From: Desulfatibacillum sp.
GTDB taxonomy: Bacteria; Desulfobacterota; Desulfobacteria; Desulfobacterales; SpSt-501
Reading direction: 5' to 3'
NCBI GenBank assembly: GCA_020725555.1
Contig: DYEU01000005.1
Span: forward strand, 1,756 to 65,755
DNA length: 64,000 nt
Part shown: positions 41,124 through 50,305 of the stretch, one piece after another
Position numbering within the stretch: position 1 is the stretch's first letter
Layout: each line of letters starts with the position of its first letter
Position numbers and translations under genes: made by a program
The notes under the pieces: model-generated
The model's input: only the letters and a program-made list of their open reading frames with translations
The model's database searches: none
Told to the model about the DNA's origin: nothing

Positions 41124-41989
41124 ACCGCGGTACCGCCTGCCCGTACGGGGAACTCCACATCTACGAAATCGCCGGCCGGCCGCCGGCTTTCGCCGAGCCG
41201 CAAGCGGAAGGCTTCCTCGGCGGCTGGTGCGAGGAGGACGCCTGCTTTTTCTTCTTCTCCGCACCCGCCGCGGGCGAGATGGCGGAGTTTCTCTCCCGGC
41301 ACCCCGGCCTGCGCCTGCGCGACACCCACCGCATGGCTTACGCCGACTGGCAGGGAGGCCCCCCGGAGCCCTTCCGCGTCGGCCGCTTCCGCTTCCTGCC
41401 CCCCTGGCACGAGGCGGAGGGGGCGGGCCCGGGGGAGGACCCCCCGCTCCTTCTCGACCCGGGCCTGGTCTTCGGCAACGGCCGCCACCCCACGACGCGC
41501 GACTGCCTTAAGGCGCTCGAGGCCGCCGCCCGGGAATCCCCGCCGGGCCGCGTTCTCGACCTGGGTACGGGGACCGGGGTGCTCGCGCTCGCCGCCGCCT
41601 CCCTCGGCGGCCGCGTGCTCGCCGTCGACGCCAACGTCCTCGCCGCGCGGACGGCCCGCCGCAACGTGCGTCTGAACGGCCTCGAACACCGCGTCCTCGT
41701 CGTCGCCGGGCGGGCCGAGGATTTCGCCGGGACCGCCGCCGACCTCGCGCTCGCCAACCTGAACGGCGGCGTGCTCCTCGGGTTGCTTGCGGACTCCGCC
41801 TGGCGGCGCACGCCGCGGTGGGTCCTCTCGGGGCTGTTGCGCGGGGAGGTGCGGGAAGTGCGCCGCCGGCTCGGCTTGGCCGGCTACCTCGTCGAGGAGG
41901 CCTGGGTCCACGAGGGCCTCTGGCACACGCTCCTCGCCCGCAGGGCCCAGGAGCGCCCGCTTCCGGAGGAGGCCCCATGCAGGAGCTGA
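41120..41989 (+). CDS. PrmA-like SAM-dependent protein methyltransferase
   Basis: LDPGLVFGNGRHPTT, VLDLGTGTGVL, ALANL, VLSGL; N-terminus divergent; ATGA overlap. Confidence 0.8.
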   Translation: MNRGTACPYGELHIYEIAGRPPAFAEPQAEGFLGGWCEEDACFFFFSAPAAGEMAEFLSRHPGLRLRDTHRMAYADWQGGPPEPFRVGRFRFLPPWHEAEGAGPGEDPPLLLDPGLVFGNGRHPTTRDCLKALEAAARESPPGRVLDLGTGTGVLALAAASLGGRVLAVDANVLAARTARRNVRLNGLEHRVLVVAGRAEDFAGTAADLALANLNGGVLLGLLADSAWRRTPRWVLSGLLRGEVREVRRRLGLAGYLVEEAWVHEGLWHTLLARRAQERPLPEEAPCRS

Positions 41990-42723
41990 TCGCCCGGGCC
42001 GTCGAACGGCTGCGGGGGGCGAGACGCGCGGTCGCCCTCACCGGGGCCGGCATCTCGATCGCCAGCGGCATCCCCCCCTTCCGCGGCAAGGGGGGCCTGT
42101 GGGAAAGCTACGACCCGATGGAGATCGCGAGCATCGAGGCCCTGCTCGCCGACCCCGCCCGGGTCTGGAAGGTGCTCGTCAAGGACCTCAAGGCGGTCAT
42201 CGAGCGCGCGCGGCCGAACGCCGGGCACCTGGGGCTGGCCCGGCTCGAGGCGCTCGGCATCCTCGCAACCGTCATCACCCAGAACATCGACGGCCTCCAC
42301 CAGAAGGCCGGCAACACGGACGTGATCGAGTTCCACGGCACCTTCGCCTGGCAGCGGTGCATGGGCTGCGGGGCGCGGATCGAGACGCACCGCGTGGACG
42401 ACTCCGTGCTGCCCCCGCGCTGCGCCTGCGGCGGCGTCCTCCGGCCGGACGCCGTCTTCTTCGGCGAGATGATCCCGATCGAGGCCCTCGTCCGCGCGCG
42501 CGAGGCGGCCGAGCGCTGCGACGTCATGCTCGTGGTCGGCACCTCGGCCGTGGTCCAGCCTGCGGCGAGCGTGCCCGTGATCGCCCGGCAACGCGGCGCG
42601 GCGGTGATCGAGATCAACCCGGAGCCGACCCCGCTCACCGGGGTCGTGAGCGAGCTTCGGCTCCCCGCCGCGGCCGACGAGGTCCTGCCCCTGCTCCTTG
42701 CGGAGCTGGAGAGCCGACGGTGA
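41977..42723 (+). CDS. cobB: NAD-dependent protein deacylase (sirtuin)
   Basis: LTGAGIS..SGIPPFRG, TQNIDGLHQKAG, FHG, CMGC...CACGG, VGTSAVVQPAA. Confidence 0.93.
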   Translation: MQELIARAVERLRGARRAVALTGAGISIASGIPPFRGKGGLWESYDPMEIASIEALLADPARVWKVLVKDLKAVIERARPNAGHLGLARLEALGILATVITQNIDGLHQKAGNTDVIEFHGTFAWQRCMGCGARIETHRVDDSVLPPRCACGGVLRPDAVFFGEMIPIEALVRAREAAERCDVMLVVGTSAVVQPAASVPVIARQRGAAVIEINPEPTPLTGVVSELRLPAAADEVLPLLLAELESRR

Positions 42724-44261
42724 GCGTCTCCTCCTGGGTCCTGCCCCTGACGCTCACCCCGCCCAGCCTGCGCGACAACACGGCGGACGCCGACCGCCTG
42801 GCCGCCGCGCTGCGCCGCCGGACGGGCGGCGCCCCCGTCGCGCTCCCGCTCGAGCTCCTGCGCGAGCTCCCCGATGCCTTGCGCGCGGCCGACTGGCGCG
42901 TGCGCTGCGCCCTCTTCGGGGACGGCGAGGGCTGGGTCGCCACCGGGGTCTTCCCCGGCGAGGCGGGGGCCTCGCCGCTCGGCGCCGCCGTGGATTTGGG
43001 GACGACCCGCGTCGCGCTGCGGCTGCTCGAGCTCGCCTCCGGCCGCGTGCTCGCCGAGTCCGGCTTCGACAACCCCCAGGCGGCGGTTGGGCCCGACGTC
43101 CTCACCCGCATCCACCACGCGGCCACCCCGGCCGGCTTGGAAGAGCTCGCGGTCGCCGTCCGGCGGGCGCTTCACCGCGAGCTGAGCGCGCTTCTCGCCG
43201 CCCACGGCCGGGAGAGCCGTGAGCTCACCCACCTCGCGGTCGCCGGCAACACGGCCATGACCCACCTCTTCCTCGGCCTCGAGCCCGGCCGGATGATCCG
43301 CGAGCCCTACATCCCCGTGGTGAACCGGCCGGGGCTGGTCGCCGCGCGCGACGTGGGGCTTTCGTTCGCCCCCGCGGCGCGCGTGTTCGTCTTCCCCAAC
43401 ATCGGCAGCTACTTCGGCGGCGACCTGATCGCCGGCATCCTGTATGCCGGGTTGCACCGCGCCTCCGAGCCGGCGATCCTCATCGACGTGGGAACCAACG
43501 CCGAGGTCGTGCTCGGCACCCGCGACTGGATGATCGGCTGCGCGGGCGCGGCCGGTCCGGCCCTCGAGGGCGGCATGAGCCGCGTCGGCATGACCGCCGC
43601 CCCGGGTGCGATCGACCGCGTCGCGCTCGAGCCGGCGACGGGACGCCTGTCGTTTCACACGATCGGCGGTCTGCCGCCCCGGGGCTTCTGCGGCTCGGGG
43701 ATGATCGACCTCGCCGCCTGCCTCTTCCGCGCCGGGATGATCGATGCCCGCGGCCGGTTCGTCCCCGCGGCCTGCGGCGGCCGCTTGACGACGGACGGCG
43801 CGCGCCTGGTCCTCGTCCCGGCCGCCGCCTCGGCGACCGGCGAAGACCTCAGCCTCGAGCAGGCCGAGCTCGACAGCCTCCTGCGCTCCAAGGCCGCCAT
43901 GTACACGATCCTCGAAACCCTCTGCCTGAGCGTCGGGCTGCGCCTCGAGGACATCGGCACCTTCTACGTCGCCGGGAGCTTCGGCTGCCTGATCGACCCC
44001 CGCTCGGCCGCCACGATCGGCATGCTGCCCGACCTGCCGCCCGAGCGTTTCGTCCCGCTGGGCAACAGCTCGCTCGAGGGCGCAACCCTCCTGCTCGCGC
44101 AACCGGGGTGCCTCGAAGAGATCCCGCGCATCCGCGACCGCATCACCTACCTCGAGTTGAACGTGAACGCCGATTTCATGAGCCGCTTCAGCGCGGCGAA
44201 GTTTCTCCCGCACACCGACGCCGCGCGCTTTCCCAACCGCCCCCGTGGAGGGACCCCGTGA
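42720..44261 (+). CDS. ASKHA ATPase, RACo/DUF4445-like reductive activator of corrinoid proteins, without N-terminal 2Fe-2S
   Basis: VDLGTT, NPQ..GPDVLTRI, GNTAMTHLFLG, DVGTNAE, AAGPALEG, GFCGSG, AGSFG, GNSSLEGA; GTG start overlapping cobB stop. Confidence 0.87.
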   Translation: MSVSSWVLPLTLTPPSLRDNTADADRLAAALRRRTGGAPVALPLELLRELPDALRAADWRVRCALFGDGEGWVATGVFPGEAGASPLGAAVDLGTTRVALRLLELASGRVLAESGFDNPQAAVGPDVLTRIHHAATPAGLEELAVAVRRALHRELSALLAAHGRESRELTHLAVAGNTAMTHLFLGLEPGRMIREPYIPVVNRPGLVAARDVGLSFAPAARVFVFPNIGSYFGGDLIAGILYAGLHRASEPAILIDVGTNAEVVLGTRDWMIGCAGAAGPALEGGMSRVGMTAAPGAIDRVALEPATGRLSFHTIGGLPPRGFCGSGMIDLAACLFRAGMIDARGRFVPAACGGRLTTDGARLVLVPAAASATGEDLSLEQAELDSLLRSKAAMYTILETLCLSVGLRLEDIGTFYVAGSFGCLIDPRSAATIGMLPDLPPERFVPLGNSSLEGATLLLAQPGCLEEIPRIRDRITYLELNVNADFMSRFSAAKFLPHTDAARFPNRPRGGTP

Positions 44262-45445
44262 ACCGGCCGATCTACCTCGACTACAACGGCACCACCCCCC
44301 ACCACCCCGAAGTCATCGCCGCGATGCGGCCTTTTCTCGAGGAAGAGTTCGGCAACCCCTCGAGCGGCCATCTCTACGCCGTCCGGCCCCGCCAGGCCGT
44401 CGCCCGCGCGCGCCGGCAGCTCGCCGACCTCCTCGGCTGCACCCCCGCCGAGGTCGTTTTCACGAGCGGCGGGACCGAGGCGAACAACTGGGCCATCCTC
44501 GGGAGCGCCCTCGGCCTCGCCGAGCGCGGCCGGCACATCGTGACGAGTTGCGTCGAGCACCCCGCCGTGCTCAACGTCTGCCGCTTCCTCGAGGAGCGCC
44601 ACGGCTTCGCGGTGACCCGGGTCGCCGTGGACGGCCACGGCCGGGTCGACCCCGCGGCCGTGGCCGCGGCCCTGCGGCCGGACACCGTGCTCGTGAGCAT
44701 CATGCACGCCAACAACGAGGTCGGCACGATCCAGCCGATCGCCGCCATCGCCCGCCTGGCCCGCGAGCGCGGCGTGCGCGTGCACACCGACGCCGCCCAG
44801 TCGGTGGGGAAGATCCCCGTGCTCGTCGAGGATCTGGGCGTCGATCTGCTCTCCGTCGCCGGCCACAAGCTCTACGCCCCCAAGGGGGTGGGCGCGCTCT
44901 ACGTGCGGCGCGGGATCGCCCTCGGGCCCTTGCTCCACGGCGCCGGCCAGGAGGGGGGGCTGCGCGCCGGAACCGAAAACGTGCTCGAGATCGTGGGCCT
45001 CGGCCAGGCCTGTGAGATCGCCCGGCGCGACCTCGCCGAGACCGGGGCCCGCCTGCGCGTCCTGCGCGACCGGCTCGAAGCCGCCCTCGCCGCGGCCGTC
45101 CCGGAGATGCGGGTGAACGGCCATCCCGAGGAACGGCTGCCCAACACGCTCAACGTCTCCTTCCGCGGCCTCGCCGCCCACCGCCTCCTCGAGGCGATCG
45201 GCCTCGAGGTGGCGGCCTCGGCCGGGGCCGCCTGCCACGCCGACCGCACCGAGATCTCGCACGTGCTCGCGGCCATGGGGGTTCCCGAGGCGTGGGCGGC
45301 GGGAACCCTCCGGCTCACCGTCGGCCGCATGACCACGGCCGCGGAGGTCGATGCCGCCGCGGCCGTGATCGCCCGCGAGGTCGCCGCCCTGCGGGATGGC
45401 GCATCCCGCCGCCCCGAGGGAGCCCCCGGCCGCCCGGCGTCTTGA
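44258..45445 (+). CDS. Group I cysteine desulfurase (IscS/NifS family, possibly selenocysteine lyase-like)
   Basis: IYLDYNGTTP, FGNPSS, FTSGGTEANN, HANNEVG, HTDAAQ, GHKLYAPKG, SAGAACH. Confidence 0.9.
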   Translation: MNRPIYLDYNGTTPHHPEVIAAMRPFLEEEFGNPSSGHLYAVRPRQAVARARRQLADLLGCTPAEVVFTSGGTEANNWAILGSALGLAERGRHIVTSCVEHPAVLNVCRFLEERHGFAVTRVAVDGHGRVDPAAVAAALRPDTVLVSIMHANNEVGTIQPIAAIARLARERGVRVHTDAAQSVGKIPVLVEDLGVDLLSVAGHKLYAPKGVGALYVRRGIALGPLLHGAGQEGGLRAGTENVLEIVGLGQACEIARRDLAETGARLRVLRDRLEAALAAAVPEMRVNGHPEERLPNTLNVSFRGLAAHRLLEAIGLEVAASAGAACHADRTEISHVLAAMGVPEAWAAGTLRLTVGRMTTAAEVDAAAAVIAREVAALRDGASRRPEGAPGRPAS

Positions 45446-45574
45446 AAATTTCCACCGGATCGTTACTTTCTTTCCTTCGCTTCGACCGGGGCGACTTCCG
45501 CCGCCGAACCGGCCGGGGCCGTTTTCGCTTCCGGAATTTCCGATGACACCGCTCTTCCCCCAGGAGGCCGCGAC

Positions 45575-46753
45575 ATGGAATGCGCTTGGGGTGCAGAGCC
45601 GCCGCTCGATCCGCTAGCGGCACCGCTCAAGGCCTGCGGCCGCGCCGCCGCCGAACTCGTTAAGCGGGCCGACCGCCTGGCACGATCCTGCGGCGTGCCG
45701 GCTGGGGACGCGGCCCGCCGCGCCGCGGCCCGCATTCTCGAACACGCGGGCGACCCGGTCGCGGCCGCGGCGGCCCTTCTCGGCGCGGCCCGCGGGCGAA
45801 GCGAGGCGCCGGCGAGCCCCGAGGCCCTGCGGCGGGAATTCGGCCCGCTCCTCGCCGGCCTGGCCGAGGCCGACCCCGGGGGGTTCACGCCGCCCTCCGA
45901 CGGGGAAGGCGACCGCCGGGCGCGCCTCGAGGCCGTGCTTTCCGCCTTCGCCGAGCGGCCGCGCCTTGCGCTGCTCCGGCTCGCCTATCGCCTGATCGAG
46001 CTCGAGGACGCCTGCGACGGCCGGCGCGGGGACGGCGCCGCGCTCGCCCGCGAGACGCTCGCCTTCTGGGTCCCGATCGCCGACCGCCTGAGCCTCGGCG
46101 GCCTGCGCCGCAGGCTCGAGGACCTCTGCTTCCGGCTGATCGACCCCGCGGGCTACGAGGCGCTGCGCCGGCGGATCGCCCCGATCCAGGCCGGCGACGA
46201 CCGCTACCTCGCCGCGCTGAGGGGCCACGTGCAGGAGCTGCTCGCGGGAAACGGCATCCGCGCCGAGATCCAGACGCGCACGAAGAGCCTCCACGCCATC
46301 CGGCGCAAGATGCTCCGCACCGGCAAGAAACCCGAGGAGATCATGGACCGGCTCGGCGTCCGGGTCATCGTCGAGACCGTGCCCGAGTGCTACGCGGTCC
46401 TCGGCCTGATCCACACCGCCTTCACGCCGGTCCCGGGGACCTTCGACGACTACATCGGCCGGCCCAAGGAGAACGGCTACCAGTCGCTGCACACGGTGGT
46501 GATCCCCTTGCGCGAGCTCTCCCACAAGCCGGTCGAGTTCCAGATCCGCACCCGGCGCATGCACCTCGTCGCCGAGTTGGGCTCCGCCGCCCACTGGCTC
46601 TACAAGAACGAGGTGCCGCCCGCGGAGGAGGATCCCGCGGCGCGGCGTCGCCTGGGGATGCTGCTCGAGGAGGGGCGGCTCGCCGAGAGCGTGGAGGCCT
46701 TCCTCGAGCGGCTCGGAGGCGGCGCGCCGCAACCCGGGGAGGTCGCACGATGA
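45575..46753 (+). CDS. RelA/SpoT-family (p)ppGpp synthetase with degenerate HD domain and no TGS/ACT
   Basis: RTKSLHAI..KM, MDRLGVRVIV, FDDYIGRPKENGYQSLHT, EFQIRT..MH..AELGSAAHWLYK; HD motif absent; GGAGG RBS. Confidence 0.85.
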   Translation: MECAWGAEPPLDPLAAPLKACGRAAAELVKRADRLARSCGVPAGDAARRAAARILEHAGDPVAAAAALLGAARGRSEAPASPEALRREFGPLLAGLAEADPGGFTPPSDGEGDRRARLEAVLSAFAERPRLALLRLAYRLIELEDACDGRRGDGAALARETLAFWVPIADRLSLGGLRRRLEDLCFRLIDPAGYEALRRRIAPIQAGDDRYLAALRGHVQELLAGNGIRAEIQTRTKSLHAIRRKMLRTGKKPEEIMDRLGVRVIVETVPECYAVLGLIHTAFTPVPGTFDDYIGRPKENGYQSLHTVVIPLRELSHKPVEFQIRTRRMHLVAELGSAAHWLYKNEVPPAEEDPAARRRLGMLLEEGRLAESVEAFLERLGGGAPQPGEVAR

Positions 46754-49059
46754 ACGCCATGACCGGCGGGGCCCCCGCCTTCCAGATCGCCCTGGTCGGC
46801 ACCTACCTGCCGCGGCAGTGCGGGATCGCCACCTTCACGAGCGACCTGCTGCGGGCGATCGCGCAGGAAATGCCGGAGGGGCGTTGCTGGGCGGTGGCCA
46901 TGAACGACGTCGCCGGCGGGCTTCCCTACCCGCCGGAGGTGCGCTTCGAGATCAACCAGCGGGTGCTCGCGGAGTACCGGCTCGCGGCCGACTACCTGAA
47001 CGTGAAGCGCGTGGACGCGGTCTGCCTGCAGCACGAGTACGGCATCTTCGGCGGCGAGCACGGCCATTACGTGCTCGACCTCTTGAACGCCCTGCGCATG
47101 CCGCTCGTCACCACGCTGCACACCGTGCTCCACCGGCCGGACCCGGGCCAGCAGGCGGTCCTCCGGCGCATCGCCCGCATCTCGGACCGGCTGGTCGTCA
47201 TGAGTCGCCGGAGCGCCGAGGTCCTAGAACGCGTCTACGACGTGCCCCGCCGCAAGATCGCCTTCATCCCCCACGGCATCCCCGACGTGCCCTTCGTGGA
47301 CCCCAACTTCTACAAGGACCAGTACGGGGTGGAGGGCCGCAAGGTCATCCTCACCTTCGGGCTGCTCTCCCCGGGGAAGGGGATCGAGGTCATGATCGAG
47401 GCCCTCCCGGCCGTGGTCCGCCGGCACCCCGACGTGGTCTACCTGGTGCTGGGGGCGACCCACCCCCACGTGCGCCGCGAGCAGGGCGAGTCCTACCGCC
47501 TCGGCCTGCAGCGCCGCGCGCGCGATCTCGGCGTGGGCGACCACGTCGTCTTCCACAACCGCTTCGTCGACCTCGAGGAGCTCTGCCAGGTCCTCGGCGC
47601 GGCCGACATCTACGTCACCCCCTACCTCAACCCGGAGCAATCGACCTCCGGCACCCTCGCCTACGCGCTGGGGTGCGGCAAGGCGGTGGTCTCGACCCCC
47701 TACGGCTACGCCGAGGAAATGCTCGCCGACGGCCGCGGCCGGCTGGTCCCCTTCCGCGACCCCGAGGCCCTCGCCGCGGCGATCCTCGATCTCCTCGACA
47801 ACGAACGGGAGCGCCACGCCATGCGCAAGCTCGCCTACACCTCCTGCCGCGGCATGGTCTGGCGGGAGGTCGCCCGGAGCTACCTCGAGCTCTTCGCCGA
47901 GGTGCGCGCGGAGCGCGAGCGCTTCCCGCGGCCGGTCTTCCGCGCGCGCACGGCGGAGGAGTTCCCGCGCGAGGCGCCCCAGCCCCGGATCGACCACATC
48001 CTGCGGCTGACCGACGACGTGGGCATCCTCCAGCACGCCCGCTACGGCATCCCCGACCGCCGCCACGGCTACTGCACGGACGACAACGCCCGCGCCCTGA
48101 TCGCCGTGCTCAAGGCGCGGGAGATGATCGCCGACGGCGCCCCCCTCGACGACCTCGCCGTGCGCTACCTGAGCTTCCTGCAGCACGCCTTCCACCCCGA
48201 AACGGGGCGCTTCCGCAACTTCATGGGCTACGACCGCAGCTGGGCGGAGGAGGTCGGCTCCGAGGAAAGCCACGGCCGGGCCGTCTGGGGCCTGGGCGAG
48301 GCGATCGCGCTCGCGCCCGCCGAGGACTTCGCCGCCGCCGCGCGCACGCTCTTCGAGGCCGCCCTGCCGGCGCTCGAGGGCTTCACCTCGCCGCGGGCGT
48401 GGGCCTACGCGCTGGCGGGCCTGGAGAGCTACCTGCGGCTCTTCCCCGGGGCGAGCGAGGTGCGGCGCCTGCGGGAGGCGCTCGCCCTCAAGCTCTTCGA
48501 GCTCCACCGCGCCGCCTCGACCCCCGACTGGCCCTGGATCGAGCCGCTCTTGGCCTACGCGAACGGCCGCATCCCGCAGGCGCTCATCCTCTGCGGCCGC
48601 CGCCTCGGCCATGCGGAGATGCTCGCCGCCGGGCTGGAGAGCCTGCGCTGGCTCTTCGCCGTCCAGACCGACCCCCGCGGTCACCTCGTGCCGGTCGGCA
48701 ACAACGGCTGGTACCCCCGGGGCGGGGAGCGCGCCCGCTTCGACCAGCAGCCGATCGAGGCGGCCGAGCTGATCGAGGCCGCGCGGGAGGCCTGGGAGGC
48801 CACCCGCGCCCCCGAGTGGCTGCAGGCCGCGCAGCGCTGCCTGGAATGGTTCCTGGGCGGAAACGACCTCAACGTCCCCCTCTACGACCACCGCAGCGGC
48901 GGCTGCTACGACGGCCTGACCCCGACGGGCCCCAACCGCAACCAGGGTGCGGAGTCGACGCTCGTCTGCTTCCTTTCGCTGCTCAACCTGAACCAGCTCC
49001 GCGGTCGCGAAATCGCCTCCGAGGAGGAGGCGGCGCGGGGGGAGACGGTCCATGGCTAA
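46750..49059 (+). CDS. GT4 glycosyltransferase fused to a C-terminal helical, probably (alpha/alpha)6 glycosidase-like domain
   Basis: YLPRQCGIATF, QHEYGIFGG, TFGLLSPGKG, STSGTL; then GILQHA..GYCTDDNARAL, FRNFM, FDQQPIE, NQGAEST. Confidence 0.87.
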   Translation: MNAMTGGAPAFQIALVGTYLPRQCGIATFTSDLLRAIAQEMPEGRCWAVAMNDVAGGLPYPPEVRFEINQRVLAEYRLAADYLNVKRVDAVCLQHEYGIFGGEHGHYVLDLLNALRMPLVTTLHTVLHRPDPGQQAVLRRIARISDRLVVMSRRSAEVLERVYDVPRRKIAFIPHGIPDVPFVDPNFYKDQYGVEGRKVILTFGLLSPGKGIEVMIEALPAVVRRHPDVVYLVLGATHPHVRREQGESYRLGLQRRARDLGVGDHVVFHNRFVDLEELCQVLGAADIYVTPYLNPEQSTSGTLAYALGCGKAVVSTPYGYAEEMLADGRGRLVPFRDPEALAAAILDLLDNERERHAMRKLAYTSCRGMVWREVARSYLELFAEVRAERERFPRPVFRARTAEEFPREAPQPRIDHILRLTDDVGILQHARYGIPDRRHGYCTDDNARALIAVLKAREMIADGAPLDDLAVRYLSFLQHAFHPETGRFRNFMGYDRSWAEEVGSEESHGRAVWGLGEAIALAPAEDFAAAARTLFEAALPALEGFTSPRAWAYALAGLESYLRLFPGASEVRRLREALALKLFELHRAASTPDWPWIEPLLAYANGRIPQALILCGRRLGHAEMLAAGLESLRWLFAVQTDPRGHLVPVGNNGWYPRGGERARFDQQPIEAAELIEAAREAWEATRAPEWLQAAQRCLEWFLGGNDLNVPLYDHRSGGCYDGLTPTGPNRNQGAESTLVCFLSLLNLNQLRGREIASEEEAARGETVHG

Positions 49060-50278
49060 CCGGCCGATCGTGCTCGTGAGCTCCTACCCGCCGCGGCTGT
49101 GCGGGATCGCCACCTTCTGCGAGGAGGCGCGCGAGTTCATCCAGAAGGCGAACCCCGAGCGCGAGGTGCTGGTGATCAGCCACACCGACGGCCGCGGCGA
49201 GGGGGTCTATCCTATGATCGACCTCGCACGGCGCGACTGGTGGGTGCCCGTGGCGCGGCGCATCGAAAAGCTCGACCCCTACGCCGTGCACATCGAGCAC
49301 GAGTACGGGCTCTACGAGTACCGCGACCCCCGGGGCGTGGGCGACGGCAACGAGGGCTTCCTCGACCTCCTCGAGGCGATCGGCACCTTCCCCGTCGTGG
49401 TCGAGCCGCACACGGTGCACGGCCGCCTGAGCGATTTCGAGGCCGACTTCATCTTCCGCCTCTGCCAGCGGAGCCACGTGGTCCTCTTCAAGTGCCATTA
49501 CCAGAAGTGGCGGCTCGAATGGACCTTCCAGGGGCGAAACTGGGCCGTGCCGCGCAACATCATGGTCGTGCCCCACGGCGCGCGGCCCGACAAGCGCTGG
49601 GGCATCCACGAGATCCCGCGCATCCGCCGCGAGCTGGGGCTCGACCGGGCGGGGCTCGCCGACCACGTCGTGGGGATGATCGGCTGGATCCAGAGCAACA
49701 AGCGCTGGGACATCCTGCTCTCCCTGTGGGAGGAGCTTCACGAGGAGATCCTCCGGCGCACGGGGCAGCCGTGGGATCTGCTCGCCGCCGGGGCGATGCG
49801 CGACCCCCACCACCGCCGCGACTTCGAGGAATGGAAATCGGAGGTGCTCACGCTCGAGCGCAAGGGGATCGCGCACTACCGGGAGTTCATCCCGCGTGGC
49901 GACACCTACTACAAGATGATGGCCGTCTGCGACTTCATCGTCCTGCCGACGATCGACGAGACCCAGTCGGGGACGCTCGCGCGCATCATCGCCCTCAACA
50001 AGCCCTACGTCACGACCGCCCCCATGGAGGGGCTGACCGCGCAGACCCTCGAGAGCGAGGGCGGTCTGCTCTTCACGACCAAGGCCATGCTGCGCCAGAA
50101 GGTGCTCAAGCTCGCCTGCGACGAGCGGCTGCGGCTGGAGCTGGGCGAGAACCTGCGGCGCTACCTCGACGAGGTGGTCTCCTGGGAGCGGATCGCGCGG
50201 CAGTACAACGAAGCCTACCGGCTCGCGCGGAGGGCCGCCCGCACCGGCGAGCCGGTCGCGCTGGAGCCGGAATTCTGA
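49052..50278 (+). CDS. GT4-like glycosyltransferase
   Basis: YPPRLCGIATF, EHEYGL, PHG, TQSGTLAR, SWERIARQY. Confidence 0.82.
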   Translation: MANRPIVLVSSYPPRLCGIATFCEEAREFIQKANPEREVLVISHTDGRGEGVYPMIDLARRDWWVPVARRIEKLDPYAVHIEHEYGLYEYRDPRGVGDGNEGFLDLLEAIGTFPVVVEPHTVHGRLSDFEADFIFRLCQRSHVVLFKCHYQKWRLEWTFQGRNWAVPRNIMVVPHGARPDKRWGIHEIPRIRRELGLDRAGLADHVVGMIGWIQSNKRWDILLSLWEELHEEILRRTGQPWDLLAAGAMRDPHHRRDFEEWKSEVLTLERKGIAHYREFIPRGDTYYKMMAVCDFIVLPTIDETQSGTLARIIALNKPYVTTAPMEGLTAQTLESEGGLLFTTKAMLRQKVLKLACDERLRLELGENLRRYLDEVVSWERIARQYNEAYRLARRAARTGEPVALEPEF

Positions 50279-50305
50279 CGACGCCGGCAAGGAGTCCTGA
50301 TCCGT

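Noticed and set aside
38624-45445. Selenocysteine read-through of TGA stops near the cysteine desulfurase
   Set aside because: The proteins look complete at their stops, and most TGA stops here are ATGA/GTGA coupling overlaps
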